Assembly: GCA_965221905.1 (NCBI GenBank)
Contig: OZ244922.1
Coordinates: 288,001 to 352,000 of the forward strand
Length of the DNA stretch: 64,000 nucleotides
Direction: 5' to 3'
Source: Chloroflexota bacterium
GTDB taxonomy: Bacteria; Chloroflexota; UBA11872; VXOZ01
In this document: positions 30,040 through 40,592 of the stretch, one piece after another
How positions within the stretch are numbered: position 1 is the first letter of the stretch
How the letters are laid out: every line of letters begins with the position of its first letter
Program-made: the position numbers and the translations under genes
Notes under the pieces: model-generated
Database searches by the model: none
Told to the model about the DNA's origin: nothing
The model's input: the letters and a program-made list of their open reading frames with translations, nothing else

Positions 30040-30552
30040 ATGTATTTCGACGGAAAGGCACGTCCATTTCGCCAAGGGCACTGCTTCAAGGTCTCGGCTG
30101 CCTTGCTGGGTATCTTCGCGCTCGCGTGCTTCCTCTTGGCGGGATGTACGCTCGGTGGCGATGAGGGCCTACGCTTGGAATTCGGGAGCAGCGTGCGTCT
30201 TAACGGCGGCGGCAATACGGCGATTACAGTTGTGGTGCGGAACGTCAGTGATAGGCTCTACACCGATGAGGAGGACATTGACGGGCGCGGCGAAGTGTTC
30301 AATGGCTCAGAACAGTTGCTGGCGCGGTTTGCGCAAGTACCGGTCGAGCGACTCGCGGCGGGCGAGGAGACGACACTCGCCACCTGGCAGGGCGTCCTCG
30401 AAGAGGGCACCTATCTCATGCGCTGGACCACACCCCGCCACGGCGGCGTGGAACTGGAATTCACTTTGCTGAAGCGCTTTGGGGTGCTGGAAGTCGGCGC
30501 CTATCGTGAACGGCAGATCGCCCCTGATGTTGCTGCTTCGTCTGCGCCGTGA
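30040..30552 (+). CDS. Hypothetical lipoprotein (Ig-like)
   Basis: LLAGC lipobox followed by a beta-rich sequence. Confidence 0.55.
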   Translation: MYFDGKARPFRQGHCFKVSAALLGIFALACFLLAGCTLGGDEGLRLEFGSSVRLNGGGNTAITVVVRNVSDRLYTDEEDIDGRGEVFNGSEQLLARFAQVPVERLAAGEETTLATWQGVLEEGTYLMRWTTPRHGGVELEFTLLKRFGVLEVGAYRERQIAPDVAASSAP

Positions 30553-30670
30553 TTCTAGGCGAGGTCGCACTCTTCTACACTGCTCGCTTTGGAGGAAAGT
30601 CACAGAGAGCGCGTCACCTTAGTAGGAACAGCCAGGATTTCGCTGAGTCATCAGTCTATGCAATGGGCGG

Positions 30671-31528
30671 TCAATCCTGAACAATCTTGGCGGCGCATCC
30701 TTGCTTACGGGCTTTGAGGACGATACCCACCGAGGAGGTTTCGCCGGTACGCGCCTTTGGCGGATCATCAAACGCAAAGAGCAGACTTCGTGCCCACCGA
30801 AGCAGGCGAGAGTCGCCTTGCTCTTGATCAAACCGGTTGCACGAGGGCAAGAATCCTCGTTCGATGATGTTCTTGCCGATCCCATAGAGCAAGAAGTGGG
30901 CGAACGGCAGGCAGCGCGGGGTCGTGAACCACAGGTTTTTGAGCGCAAATCCGGCAGCGCGCACACGGCCGGTTAGCTCTGCGGACGTATAGAGGCGCAC
31001 GTGATCCGCCCAGATGCCGGCAAGCCACCAGATGTGTGCCGGCACGTGCGTGCCGAAAACACGCTCTAACACCCAATTGAGCGGGTCCCACATGAATGGA
31101 TACTGCCGGTTGGGGACCGAGATGAGTAGCAACCCTCCATCGCGGAGCACGCGGTTCAGTTCCATGAGCACAGCACCGTCTTCGACGATGTGCTCCAGGA
31201 CTTCGGAGCATACAATCGCGTCGAACTCGCCTGACGCAAAGGGGAGAGATTGAGCGTCTGCACGCGCGATCTGTACGGCCATGCCGCGTGTGTGCTCTGC
31301 GGCTGCGGTGAGGTAGTCACGGCTATAGTCCACCACGACCACGGCTGCCTGGGGATAGAGTGCGGCAATTGCTCTGGCGTAGAACCCGCGACCGCAGCCC
31401 ACGTCGAGAATGCGGCCGGCGCCGGCAGGCTGAACGTGGCGCAGGATCAGGGCGGCTCTTGCGGCAAACGCCGGATCGAGTTCATGCGCCAAGAGAGCGG
31501 CTATGTTGCTGTCAAATGTAGTATTCAA
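30671..31528 (-). CDS. Class I SAM-dependent methyltransferase
   Basis: ILDVGCGRG, DAQSLPF, FDAIVCSEVLEH, VLRDGG.L. Confidence 0.88.
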   Translation of the reverse strand: MNTTFDSNIAALLAHELDPAFAARAALILRHVQPAGAGRILDVGCGRGFYARAIAALYPQAAVVVVDYSRDYLTAAAEHTRGMAVQIARADAQSLPFASGEFDAIVCSEVLEHIVEDGAVLMELNRVLRDGGLLLISVPNRQYPFMWDPLNWVLERVFGTHVPAHIWWLAGIWADHVRLYTSAELTGRVRAAGFALKNLWFTTPRCLPFAHFLLYGIGKNIIERGFLPSCNRFDQEQGDSRLLRWARSLLFAFDDPPKARTGETSSVGIVLKARKQGCAAKIVQD

Positions 31529-31880
31529 GCTCTGCTAGCTTCAGACGGTGGCTTGCCAGTGACTGTTTTGGCATGAGCTATGCATCGAGTGAGCGATTGT
31601 CTGCAGCGAATGCGCTGAGTTCAAGCATAGAGTAGGTATCCGTCTTGCGGCATCCTTAGCTCCGGCTGGTTTACAGCGTAGCGTCGCGCCTACAATAGTA
31701 GTAGCAAACGTGCAGCCTGCCGGTAACAGTCTACCTTACGTCGTTCTTGATCTCTCCCTATGTTGCCGAACGCCAAACGAGCACGCGCACCCTGGCGTCG
31801 ATTGACAACAATTCATGCCGTGAGTCGGTGCCGTTCCCTCTAGAACACGTTCTGGAAGATACGCACGTAGATAGAACACC

Positions 31881-33059
31881 ATGCGAATACTCTATCTCAC
31901 AACCTACTATCTGCCGCACAGCAGCGGGATTACCGCTTACATGCACCGCGTTGCGCGGGGGCTGGTTCAGCGCGGCCATGCGGTCACGGTGCTGACGTCC
32001 CGCCACAATCCCGCATTGAGTGAGGAAGAGTGGCTGGAGGGAGTTAAAATCATCCGTATGCCGGTACTTTTTTCCGTTAGCAAAGGGCCGGTGATGCCCG
32101 CGTTCTTCAGGGTGTTGCGTCAGTACCTAGAGGCACACGACGTTGTGCACGTGCACCTCCCCTTCTTTGAAGCAGCCTATGCGGCCATGATGAATCGTGG
32201 CCGCAGACCGCTGATTCTCACAGTGCATACCGACCTCCACTTGCCTGCAGGATTCGTAAATCGTCTGGCGGGCACGGCGGTTAATCTCATGCAGCGTTTT
32301 GCGGCGGGCCGCGCGGATTGGCTGTGTTCCTATACCTGGGACTTTGCCCAACACTCCTACCTCCTGTCCGGATTCCTCGAAAGAGCGGTAGTCATTCACC
32401 CGCCGGTGGAAGTTGCCGCCGCGTCGCCCTCAGATGTGGCTACCTTCCGCAGGGAGCATGGCTTCGAGGGCGCGCTCATCGGGTTTGCGGGACGATTCGC
32501 CGAGCAGAAGGGGCTCCACGTGCTATTCGATGCTTTGGATGCCATACAGCGCCGCATGCCTCACGTGCGCCTGGCGCTTGCGGGAGAATACCGCAACGTT
32601 GTTGGCGAGAACTACTATGCGCGGCTGCGCCCGCGACTAGACGCATTTGGGAATCACGCCGTGCTCCTCGGTCACCTGGAGGGGAAGGCGCTGGCGTGTT
32701 TCTATGCGGCGTGTGACGTCCTTGCGTTGCCGAGTATCAACCCAATGGAGTCGTTCGGCATCGTGCAAGTCGAATCCATGCTCTGCGGCACTCCCGTCGT
32801 TGCCTCTGACATCCCCGGCTGTCGTCAAGCGGTGCGCCTCACCGGCATGGGCCGTATTGTGCCGCCTGGTGATGGCGCTCTGCTGGCGGAGTCTCTACTT
32901 TCAGTGCTGGAAGATCCCACCCGGCATGCAAGATCCCGCGAAGAGATAACCCGGGTTTTCAACTACGAGCGTACCGTAGACTTACACGAGGAGCTCTATC
33001 GCACGAACCGGATCGTCCAAGATGATCGTGTTTTCGAGCTTGACGCCGCAGCCCCGTAG
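31881..33059 (+). CDS. Glycosyltransferase family 4
   Basis: MRILYL..YYLP..SG, FAGRF..QKG, ESFGIVQVESM..G.PVVASD. Confidence 0.92.
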   Translation: MRILYLTTYYLPHSSGITAYMHRVARGLVQRGHAVTVLTSRHNPALSEEEWLEGVKIIRMPVLFSVSKGPVMPAFFRVLRQYLEAHDVVHVHLPFFEAAYAAMMNRGRRPLILTVHTDLHLPAGFVNRLAGTAVNLMQRFAAGRADWLCSYTWDFAQHSYLLSGFLERAVVIHPPVEVAAASPSDVATFRREHGFEGALIGFAGRFAEQKGLHVLFDALDAIQRRMPHVRLALAGEYRNVVGENYYARLRPRLDAFGNHAVLLGHLEGKALACFYAACDVLALPSINPMESFGIVQVESMLCGTPVVASDIPGCRQAVRLTGMGRIVPPGDGALLAESLLSVLEDPTRHARSREEITRVFNYERTVDLHEELYRTNRIVQDDRVFELDAAAP

Positions 33060-33083
33060 TTTACGCCGAGAGTCAATAGTGTA

Positions 33084-36000
33084 ATGAATCGCCCGGACAC
33101 TTCAGAGGCAACGCCCAGGCGCGAGCGCCCTTCAGTTCGGACGCTGGCTCGATACGCATTTGCGTTGGGACTATACGTGGTCTGGCAGCACGGCGCGTGG
33201 CTGCTTCTCGCCTTGGCGTTGCTGGTGGGGGCATGGTTTCGGTTCACCGGCCTGGACTGGGATGCCGGCACGCACCTACACCCGGATGAACGCCACATCA
33301 CCATCACGACGGCGCAAATCCAGTGGCCGGAATCCATCGCGCAGTACTTCGACACGGAAACCTCACCGCTCAATCCCTACAACCAGGGCATCGGTTCATT
33401 CGTCTACGGCACGCTGCCAATGTTCGTCACGAAGGCCGCAGCCGGCATAGTGGACAAGGATGCCTACGACGGGATTCACCTCGTCGGCCGCTTCATAACG
33501 GCCCTGCTGGACACTCTTACTATACTGCTTGTCTTTCTCATAGCACGCCGACTCGGCGGGCTTTGGGCCGGTGCATTGGCCGCCGCGCTCTATGCGTGTG
33601 CTGTGCAAGCGATCCAGCAGGCGCACTTCTACACCATGGATGCCTGGGTTACGTTTTTTGCTACGTTTGCGCTCTGGTGGGCACTCCGATGGCAGGAAGA
33701 AGGCCGCTGGTACAACCTTGCCGGCGTTAGCGTCATTGCCGGCATGGCTTTGGCAAGCAAGCTCGGCGTGGCGACGCTGGCAGTACCCATCGGAGTTGCA
33801 TTCTTGCTGCGAGCCTGGCGGGAGACGCGACCGCCGAGCCTGGCGATCACCTTGCGCCTGCTCGTGCGTCTTGCCGGCCACGCGCTTCTCGGAGGAGCGA
33901 TTGTATATGCCGCCCTCCGCCTCTTCTTGCCGTATGTCTTTGCATCCGGGTCCATATGGGATCCACGGCTCAATCCCCGGTATACGCAGGACATCGAAAC
34001 CCTGCGCTATCTGGCCGGGGGCACTGCGGACTTTCCGCCGTCGTATAGCTGGTCTGCCACCAATTACGCGTTGTTTCCTATCGAACAGATGTTTCGCTGG
34101 GAGATGGGGTGGGCGCTAGCGACAATTGCGTGGCTGGGGCTGTTCTGGGGCCTCTGGCGCATCGTGCGGCACGGCAACCTGGTTTTCGTGCCTGTCGTAG
34201 TGTGGGTGATAGTGCATTTCGGGTACCAAGCGGCCCAATTCGCCAGGCCCGGTCGCTACTTCCTGCCAATCTACCCGGCTTTTGCCGTACTAGGCGGGGT
34301 GTTTCTGTGTTGGTTCGTTTACCAACTTTCCCAGGGGAATGTCCACGCCTGGCTGCGGCGCATTGGACAACAGTCACGTTATTCTGGCGGAAAGCCTGCC
34401 CCGTATCAAGTACGGAGCGGGAATAGACCTCGCTCACGCTGGCTGCCGTATGCCGGACTGGGCTTTGCAGCCGTCGTCCTGCTAGGCACGTTTGCATGGG
34501 CCTTGGCGTATTCGCGCATCTACGCCGAGCCGGTGGCGCGGGTGCGGGCTAGTGAATGGATATACCAGGAGGTACCGGCGGGCGCGGTGCTCGCGGAGGA
34601 ACACTGGGATGATGCGCTTCCGCTGCGGCTTCCCGATCAAGACCGCGCTCCGGAGCGCTTCCAATACGTCCAACTCCCCGTTTTCGCCCCGGATACGCGC
34701 GAGAAACTGGAGCAGATGATACAGGGGCTGATTCAGGCCGACTACATCGTCGTTAGCAGTAACCGTACCCACGGCGTCATTCGGCAGCTTCCCGCGCGCT
34801 ATCCCATGACAGCGGAGTACTATCGTCACCTCTTTGCGGGCACACTCGGCTTCTCCCCCGTAAGGACGTTCACCCACTTCCCTCGCCTGTTCGGCTGGGA
34901 GATCGACGATAGCGCGGCGGAGGAGCAATTCATCGTATTCGACCACCCCACGGTCCACTTATTCGTGAAGACCGATGGCTTTGATCCGGCACGTGTGCGC
35001 ACAATGCTTGCGCCGCACCTCACGACGCTGCCCCAAGCGCTCACACCGGGGCAACTGACCTATAACGGACTCTTGCTTACCGCAGCGCAGCGCGAGGGTC
35101 TTAGAGAGGCCGGCACGTGGTCGGACTACTTCAACCGCAACAGCATCGTGAACGCCGTGCCGTGGCTTGTGTGGTGGCTGGCTATTCTGCTCCTGGGCTG
35201 GACAACGTGGCCGCTGCTGTGGCGCATTCTGCCCATGACTCCCGACCGCGGCTATCTGCTGGCGAAGAGTATCGGGCTACTCTTGCTCGCGTATATACCC
35301 TGGCTGTTGGGTAGCAGCGGCGTGCTCACGGCCGGCCGCGCCAGCACCTGGCTTGCCATCGCGCTAATTGGATTCGCAAGCGCCTGGATTCTCAGCCGCA
35401 CGTGGCAGCGATTTGTGCATTTCTTGAAAGAGCAGCGGACGGAAATCATCATCGGCGAAGTAGTCTTTACCGGCGTCTTTGCATTCTTCCTCTGGGTGCG
35501 CCTGACAAATCCCGACCTCTGGCATCAATGGTATGGCGGCGAGAAGCCCATGGACTTCGCCCACATGAACGCTCTCGTCAAAGCTGGCGGGTACCCACCG
35601 TATGACCCGTGGTTTGTGGGCGGCTACGTCAACTACTACTACATGGGGCACCAGGTGTTCAGCACGTTGATTCGCTGGCTCGGCATCGTGCCGTCGGTGG
35701 CCTACAATCTGGTGGTGCCGCTGGTGGCCGCCTTGCTCGCGGCGAATGTCTATACGTTCGGGAGTACGGTGTGGCGAAAAGCAAACCGCAATATGCGGCT
35801 TCTCGCGGGGCTTGGCGGTGTCGTCTTCGTTACGCTCCTCGGCAACTTGGATGCCGCGATGCAATGGTTCTTGCGGCTAACGGCGAATGCGGCACCCGGC
35901 CGCTTGCCCGCCGGCGGCGCGTGGCTCGGGCAAACTTTGGGCAACATCCTGCGCGGTGAGCCGCCGCCCGGCTTCGACTACTGGCATAGCACGCGCCTGA

Positions 36001-37463
36001 TCGAGGGCGCCATTCATGAATTCCCCTTCTTCAGCTTCTTGTACGGCGATCTGCACCCCCACGTGCTGGCGCTGCCGTTCACCATGGTATTGCCGGTGCT
36101 TGCCTTAACGTTTGTCTTGAGCTACCGCAATAACGACGCTGACGAAACTCAAGCATCCGGAGCCGCCGTGCTCATGTGGCTGCGTCCGCTCCTGCGGTTT
36201 CCCACGTTGCCGCTCTTGCTTCTTGCCGGTTTTGTGCTGGGCTTTCTGCGCACCGCCAACACGTGGGACTACCCTACCTACGCCTTGCTCCTCGGCGGCG
36301 CGGTGGTGCTGGTCGAGCGCCGCGGCCTTTTCCGCCTGGAGATTCCGGCGTGGGTGCGCGTCGGCACGGCGGCTATCGGGCTCTTTCTTATCGGACGCAT
36401 AGCCTTTGCCCCATACCTCGACCATTACCAGTCGTTCTTCCCCGGCGTGCACACTACCGACTTCCAGACTCCGCTTTGGCAGTATCTTGTAATTCACGGC
36501 GTGCTGCTCTTCTTTGTCGCGCTGTTCCTGCTGCGTGAGCTATTCCGCCGGCGCGCCGCGTTCGATATCCGGCTTGTGGGCATTTTGATCGTGCTGCAGA
36601 TTGCGGTAGCCAGTATACTCTGGCAGCGGCCCATCGTGCTCTTGCTTCAGATCAGCCTCGTGCTGGCACTGCTGGTGGCGCTGTGTCCCCAAGCGAAGCG
36701 TCCCACCCGCCTGATGGCCGGCATGGTCGCATTGGCGGCGCTGCTGGGAATCTTCCCCGAATTCCTCGCCATCGACGGGGACGTTGGACGCATGAACACC
36801 GTCTTCAAGTTCTATCTGCAGTCTTGGAACCTGCTGGCGTTAGTAGCCGCCGCGACCTTGCCGTTCCTCTGGCAGCAGACACACATGCGGCGTTTCATCC
36901 TGCCTTTCGGCGCGCTGCTCGTCCTGTTGGCGCTTATCTACCCCCTTTCGGCCATACCCAGCCGCGCCCAGCACCGGTTGGTGCCGGACCTCGTGACGCT
37001 GGATGGCGCGGCATTCATGAAAGAAGGCGTGATTGTCGATCAGGACCGCGAAATCCCGCTCAAGTGGGACCTGGAGGCGATTCACTGGCTGCAGGACAAT
37101 GTGGAGGGCACGCCCACGCTGCTGGAAGCGACTATCCCGTACTTCCGGTGGGGCGCGCGCGTATCCATCCACACCGGCCTGCCCACGGTGCTGGGTTGGG
37201 ACTCCCACGAGTGGCTCCAGCGCTGGGAGTACCGCCCCATGATCGAACAGCGAAGAGCAGACGTCCAAACCATCTATGAGACCGCGGACTTCGACCTGGC
37301 CCTAAGGCTCCTACGGCAGTATGGCGTGGACTACATTTATCTGGGGGACTTGGAACGCGTTTACTATCTGGGACCCGGCCTGGGGAAATTCGAGCTGATG
37401 GGCGACCTAGGGATCACACCCGTCTACCGCAACGAACGGGTAACAATCTACCGAGTGAATTAG
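33084..37463 (+). CDS. Large polytopic GT-C fold protein (PMT-like domain plus DUF2298/YYY domain)
   Basis: HLHPDER, YGTLP, GGEKPMDF, YPPYDPWF.GG..NYYY, EFPFFSFLYGDLHPH, NTWD, MNTVFKFY. Confidence 0.88.
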   Translation: MNRPDTSEATPRRERPSVRTLARYAFALGLYVVWQHGAWLLLALALLVGAWFRFTGLDWDAGTHLHPDERHITITTAQIQWPESIAQYFDTETSPLNPYNQGIGSFVYGTLPMFVTKAAAGIVDKDAYDGIHLVGRFITALLDTLTILLVFLIARRLGGLWAGALAAALYACAVQAIQQAHFYTMDAWVTFFATFALWWALRWQEEGRWYNLAGVSVIAGMALASKLGVATLAVPIGVAFLLRAWRETRPPSLAITLRLLVRLAGHALLGGAIVYAALRLFLPYVFASGSIWDPRLNPRYTQDIETLRYLAGGTADFPPSYSWSATNYALFPIEQMFRWEMGWALATIAWLGLFWGLWRIVRHGNLVFVPVVVWVIVHFGYQAAQFARPGRYFLPIYPAFAVLGGVFLCWFVYQLSQGNVHAWLRRIGQQSRYSGGKPAPYQVRSGNRPRSRWLPYAGLGFAAVVLLGTFAWALAYSRIYAEPVARVRASEWIYQEVPAGAVLAEEHWDDALPLRLPDQDRAPERFQYVQLPVFAPDTREKLEQMIQGLIQADYIVVSSNRTHGVIRQLPARYPMTAEYYRHLFAGTLGFSPVRTFTHFPRLFGWEIDDSAAEEQFIVFDHPTVHLFVKTDGFDPARVRTMLAPHLTTLPQALTPGQLTYNGLLLTAAQREGLREAGTWSDYFNRNSIVNAVPWLVWWLAILLLGWTTWPLLWRILPMTPDRGYLLAKSIGLLLLAYIPWLLGSSGVLTAGRASTWLAIALIGFASAWILSRTWQRFVHFLKEQRTEIIIGEVVFTGVFAFFLWVRLTNPDLWHQWYGGEKPMDFAHMNALVKAGGYPPYDPWFVGGYVNYYYMGHQVFSTLIRWLGIVPSVAYNLVVPLVAALLAANVYTFGSTVWRKANRNMRLLAGLGGVVFVTLLGNLDAAMQWFLRLTANAAPGRLPAGGAWLGQTLGNILRGEPPPGFDYWHSTRLIEGAIHEFPFFSFLYGDLHPHVLALPFTMVLPVLALTFVLSYRNNDADETQASGAAVLMWLRPLLRFPTLPLLLLAGFVLGFLRTANTWDYPTYALLLGGAVVLVERRGLFRLEIPAWVRVGTAAIGLFLIGRIAFAPYLDHYQSFFPGVHTTDFQTPLWQYLVIHGVLLFFVALFLLRELFRRRAAFDIRLVGILIVLQIAVASILWQRPIVLLLQISLVLALLVALCPQAKRPTRLMAGMVALAALLGIFPEFLAIDGDVGRMNTVFKFYLQSWNLLALVAAATLPFLWQQTHMRRFILPFGALLVLLALIYPLSAIPSRAQHRLVPDLVTLDGAAFMKEGVIVDQDREIPLKWDLEAIHWLQDNVEGTPTLLEATIPYFRWGARVSIHTGLPTVLGWDSHEWLQRWEYRPMIEQRRADVQTIYETADFDLALRLLRQYGVDYIYLGDLERVYYLGPGLGKFELMGDLGITPVYRNERVTIYRVN
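34377..34424. repeat. REP-like element within the coding sequence
   Basis: cgttattctggcggaaagcctgccccgtatcaagtacggagcgggaat resembles the REP copies at 20811-20862 (reverse complement) and 53897-53944. Confidence 0.6.
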
Positions 37464-37598
37464 AGGTAGGCGTGGCACGGCGGGTCACATAGAAAGTGCG
37501 CTGGTTTTTGTCCGTTGACCGCTAGAGACGTAGGCTCTATTTAGCCCCTCATTCCCTTGCAAGCTGAAATCCATCTGGTGTGCGCCAAAGCGACAAAA

Positions 37599-37626
37599 GT
37601 AGGGGCACGACATGTCGTGCCCCTAC
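37599..37626. repeat. Perfect 28-bp REP-like palindrome between convergent genes
   Basis: gtaggggcacgacatgtcgtgcccctac. Confidence 0.8.
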
Positions 37627-37717
37627 GTATTATGCAGTGTGTACAACCTGACTGGCACGCTTCAAAACTTCCTGTGCTTGAAGCAGCCACCAGGTTGTTA
37701 GCTAAGTGACTACGGCA

Positions 37718-38641
37718 TTACGCCTGAGCGGCGACCATCTCCCGCAACCCGATCTTGGCAATTGCCGCGTGCACGGCGGCCTTGTCTTCCTGCGTAAGTT
37801 CGGCGAGCGGCGGGCGGACGGGGCCGCCGGCCAGGCCGATGGCCATCATCACCTCTTTCATCACGGTGACCTCGTAGCCGCGCACCTTGTAGCGGATGTT
37901 GTAGATCGGCAGGGTTTCGCGTTCGATTTTCTCCTGGAGTTCGCTGAACCGGCCCGCGCGCGCCAGTTCGAGTGCCTCGATTGCGGATTTTGGATTGTAG
38001 TTGGCATTGCTGGAGGTATAGCCCTCAGCGCCGGCGGCAAAGTAGGCGTGCAGCAGGTCGTCGCCAACCCCAGCGAGCCAGAGCAGCTTATCGCCCACGT
38101 GGGAGCGGATGCGCTGGAACATGCGCACGTCGCCCTGGCCGTCCTTGAAGGCCACGAGATTGGGAATATCCGCGAGACGGTCGACCAGCTCAGGGCTAAG
38201 TTTGGCTTGATCGCGCGCGTAGGGGAAGACGCCCAGGTTGGTGGAGTCCGCAATTGCCTTGTAATACTCGTAGAAGCCGTCATCGCTCGCCTGCCCGTAG
38301 TAGGGCGGCATAATGAGGAGGCCGTCCACGCCGGCGCTCTCGGCAAACTGCGCCATCTCCGCGCCCACCGCCGGACTGACGCCCACACCCGCCAGCATGA
38401 GACAGCGGCCGTCTGCCGCCTCGACGGTCGCGGCGACCACGTCCTGCCACTCGGTAAACGTCAGCGAGAAGAACTCACCGGTGCCGCCCGCCGCCAACAC
38501 GGCCGGAGAACCTTCACGCGCCAGGAAGTCTATGTTGCGGCGCAGGCCGTCGAGATCTAGGGAATAATCATCATTAAACGGGGTTACGGGAAACGGGATC
38601 ACGGTGCGCAAGCGTTCGCGCAGTTCCACTGGACTCATCAC
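37718..38641 (-). CDS. DapA-family lyase, 5-dehydro-4-deoxyglucarate dehydratase-like
   Basis: FPVTPF, AAGGTGEFFSL, MPPYY, FKDGQGD, GPVRPPL. Confidence 0.8.
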   Translation of the reverse strand: MMSPVELRERLRTVIPFPVTPFNDDYSLDLDGLRRNIDFLAREGSPAVLAAGGTGEFFSLTFTEWQDVVAATVEAADGRCLMLAGVGVSPAVGAEMAQFAESAGVDGLLIMPPYYGQASDDGFYEYYKAIADSTNLGVFPYARDQAKLSPELVDRLADIPNLVAFKDGQGDVRMFQRIRSHVGDKLLWLAGVGDDLLHAYFAAGAEGYTSSNANYNPKSAIEALELARAGRFSELQEKIERETLPIYNIRYKVRGYEVTVMKEVMMAIGLAGGPVRPPLAELTQEDKAAVHAAIAKIGLREMVAAQA

Positions 38642-38884
38642 TGGTCAATGCTCCTTCTTTAGCTATGTGAGCGCTTTCATGCCGTTACAATCACAAGAAT
38701 GCTACGTAATATCGTACCAATGCCCGCCGGCAAATACCACCTGTACCGAGTGCTTCCCTGCTTCTGTAAAGCGATGCAAAAAGACATGCACATCGGACGA
38801 TTTCTCAGGTAGTCCTAAGTCTGAGCGCTTATAATTAAGGGGGATCATGACATCAGGTAATGAGAGAAGCGTAAGGAGACAGGC

Positions 38885-39604
38885 ATGCGGAGATTCTTTG
38901 TACTCGTATTCGTAATTGCTCTAATACTCGGCTTGACGGCGTGCGGCGGGGACGAGCCGGAGGCGGAACCCACTGCAGCGCCGGCGGCGACCGAAGCCCC
39001 GGCAGCGACGGCGGAGCCAGCAGCAACTCAAGCACCGGAGCAAAAAGATAGCAGCACTCCAGCCAATGTTGTCTTCACCATCGATCCGGCGCGCTCCACC
39101 GCCCGCTACCTGATTCGCGAGCAACTCGCGAGTGTGACCTCGCCTAATGACGCCATCGGCGAGACCATGGACGTTACCGGCACAATCGCGCTGGATGGAG
39201 AAGGTAACGTGGTGAGCGAGGAATCGCAGATCGTCGTCGGTCTGGCCGGTCTGACCAGCGACTCGTCGAGGCGCGACAGCTATGTCAAGCGAAATACCCT
39301 GCAGACGGACCAGTATCCCAATGCTACGTTCGTGTTGAAAGAGATTCGGGGGCTGCCCTGGCCGCTGCCGACGTCCGGCGAAGTGACGGTGCAGATGGTG
39401 GGCGACTTCACGATCCAAGAGCAGACCAGCGAGGTGATCTGGGAGACGGTCATTCAGGTCGGAGCCGGCGAGTCAACTGGCACCGCCAAGACGATGATTA
39501 CCTTCGAGCAGTTCGGGCTGACCAAGCCCCGCGTGGCCGTGGTGGTGAGCGTGACCGATGAGATTCGTCTGGAGATTGACTTCACCGTCGTGCGAGAGAA
39601 ATAG
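38885..39604 (+). CDS. YceI family lipoprotein
   Basis: LTAC lipobox, Ala/Pro/Thr linker, FTIDP..S, SRRD...LQTDQYP.ATF. Confidence 0.85.
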   Translation: MRRFFVLVFVIALILGLTACGGDEPEAEPTAAPAATEAPAATAEPAATQAPEQKDSSTPANVVFTIDPARSTARYLIREQLASVTSPNDAIGETMDVTGTIALDGEGNVVSEESQIVVGLAGLTSDSSRRDSYVKRNTLQTDQYPNATFVLKEIRGLPWPLPTSGEVTVQMVGDFTIQEQTSEVIWETVIQVGAGESTGTAKTMITFEQFGLTKPRVAVVVSVTDEIRLEIDFTVVREK

Positions 39605-39667
39605 ATGTCTACCGCTGGGGTGCGCCCGAATGACCAGGTTCAGTCGTAGAAAGTGTCTGTCCTGAGA

Positions 39668-39697
39668 GCAAGGGGCGCGGTATACCGCGCCCCTTGC
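39668..39697. repeat. Perfect 30-bp palindrome (REP-like or terminator-like)
   Basis: gcaaggggcgcggtataccgcgccccttgc. Confidence 0.7.
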
Positions 39698-39853
39698 CAT
39701 TAGATATGTCTACGAAGAGATCTTGATGTGCCGCACACAAATGAGCATCAACATTGAGATCGCTCGCGCTACGCTAACGTCTACGCTATCCCACTTCATT
39801 TAAGGAATTTGCGATCCTTATCTGTCATGCAGCTATACTCTATAATCGAAAGC

Positions 39854-40069
39854 ATGACTGGCAGGGAGTTCATCGAGAAGGTGTCCGAAATTGGGCGCAA
39901 GAATGGTAAACGTGTGCGAATTGACGCCAAGCGAGGCAAAGGTAGTCACATCACTCTCTATTACGGAAGTCAGAAGACCGTGATGAAAGATCGCCGCAAA
40001 GAAATCGGTGCAGGCTTGCTATCCAGTATGATTCGCCAATTGGGGCTTAGACGGGAAGACTTTCAATAG
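39854..40069 (+). CDS. hicA: HicA family toxin
   Basis: Small basic protein with RGKGSH and a C-terminal I.RQLGL; TATAAT 7 nt before the ATG. Confidence 0.85.
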   Translation: MTGREFIEKVSEIGRKNGKRVRIDAKRGKGSHITLYYGSQKTVMKDRRKEIGAGLLSSMIRQLGLRREDFQ

Positions 40070-40087
40070 GGAGGAAGGGAAAACTAC

Positions 40088-40543
40088 ATGAGGTTTATCT
40101 ATCCCGCACTCCTGCAACGTGTAAGCGAGGACGAGATTGTTGTCTCTTTCCGTGATTTACCGGAATGTCGGACAGCCGGTAGTGACGAAGCCGAGGCGTT
40201 CGTTGAGGCCCAAGATGCGCTTGCTGAAGCGATCGCCGGACGGATCGATGATGACGAAGTGATTCCGGAACCTAGCGCACAGGTCGGCGACGAGCACTAC
40301 GTCGCTGTTCCTGCCGAAGTTGCTGCTAAGGCTGCGCTCACAATCGCGTGCCGGCAAAGCGGTCTCCCCCTAGATGCGCTCACGGGAGTCCTTGGTGTGG
40401 ATCAGGAAGCGGTCTGCCGATTGCTCGACCCGCGACAGAGCACTGACCCAGACAGCATAAACCGGGCACTGCGAATCCTTGGCAGCGAACTCGTGCTCGA
40501 GGTGCGCGCACTCGCCCACCTTTCCGGCGAGCGGAGCGCATAG
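40088..40543 (+). CDS. hicB: HicB family antitoxin
   Basis: YPA, VSFRDLPEC.T.G, A.DAL, IPEPS and a C-terminal HTH. Confidence 0.88.
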   Translation: MRFIYPALLQRVSEDEIVVSFRDLPECRTAGSDEAEAFVEAQDALAEAIAGRIDDDEVIPEPSAQVGDEHYVAVPAEVAAKAALTIACRQSGLPLDALTGVLGVDQEAVCRLLDPRQSTDPDSINRALRILGSELVLEVRALAHLSGERSA

Positions 40544-40592
40544 CAGCACAGAAGCATCGACCAGCCTACGCGACAGACCCAATTCTCATTGC

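Noticed and set aside
30590-30605. RNase P RNA (gaggaaagtc)
   Set aside because: The next bases do not match, the gap is only ~120 nt, and there is no 3' P4 partner.
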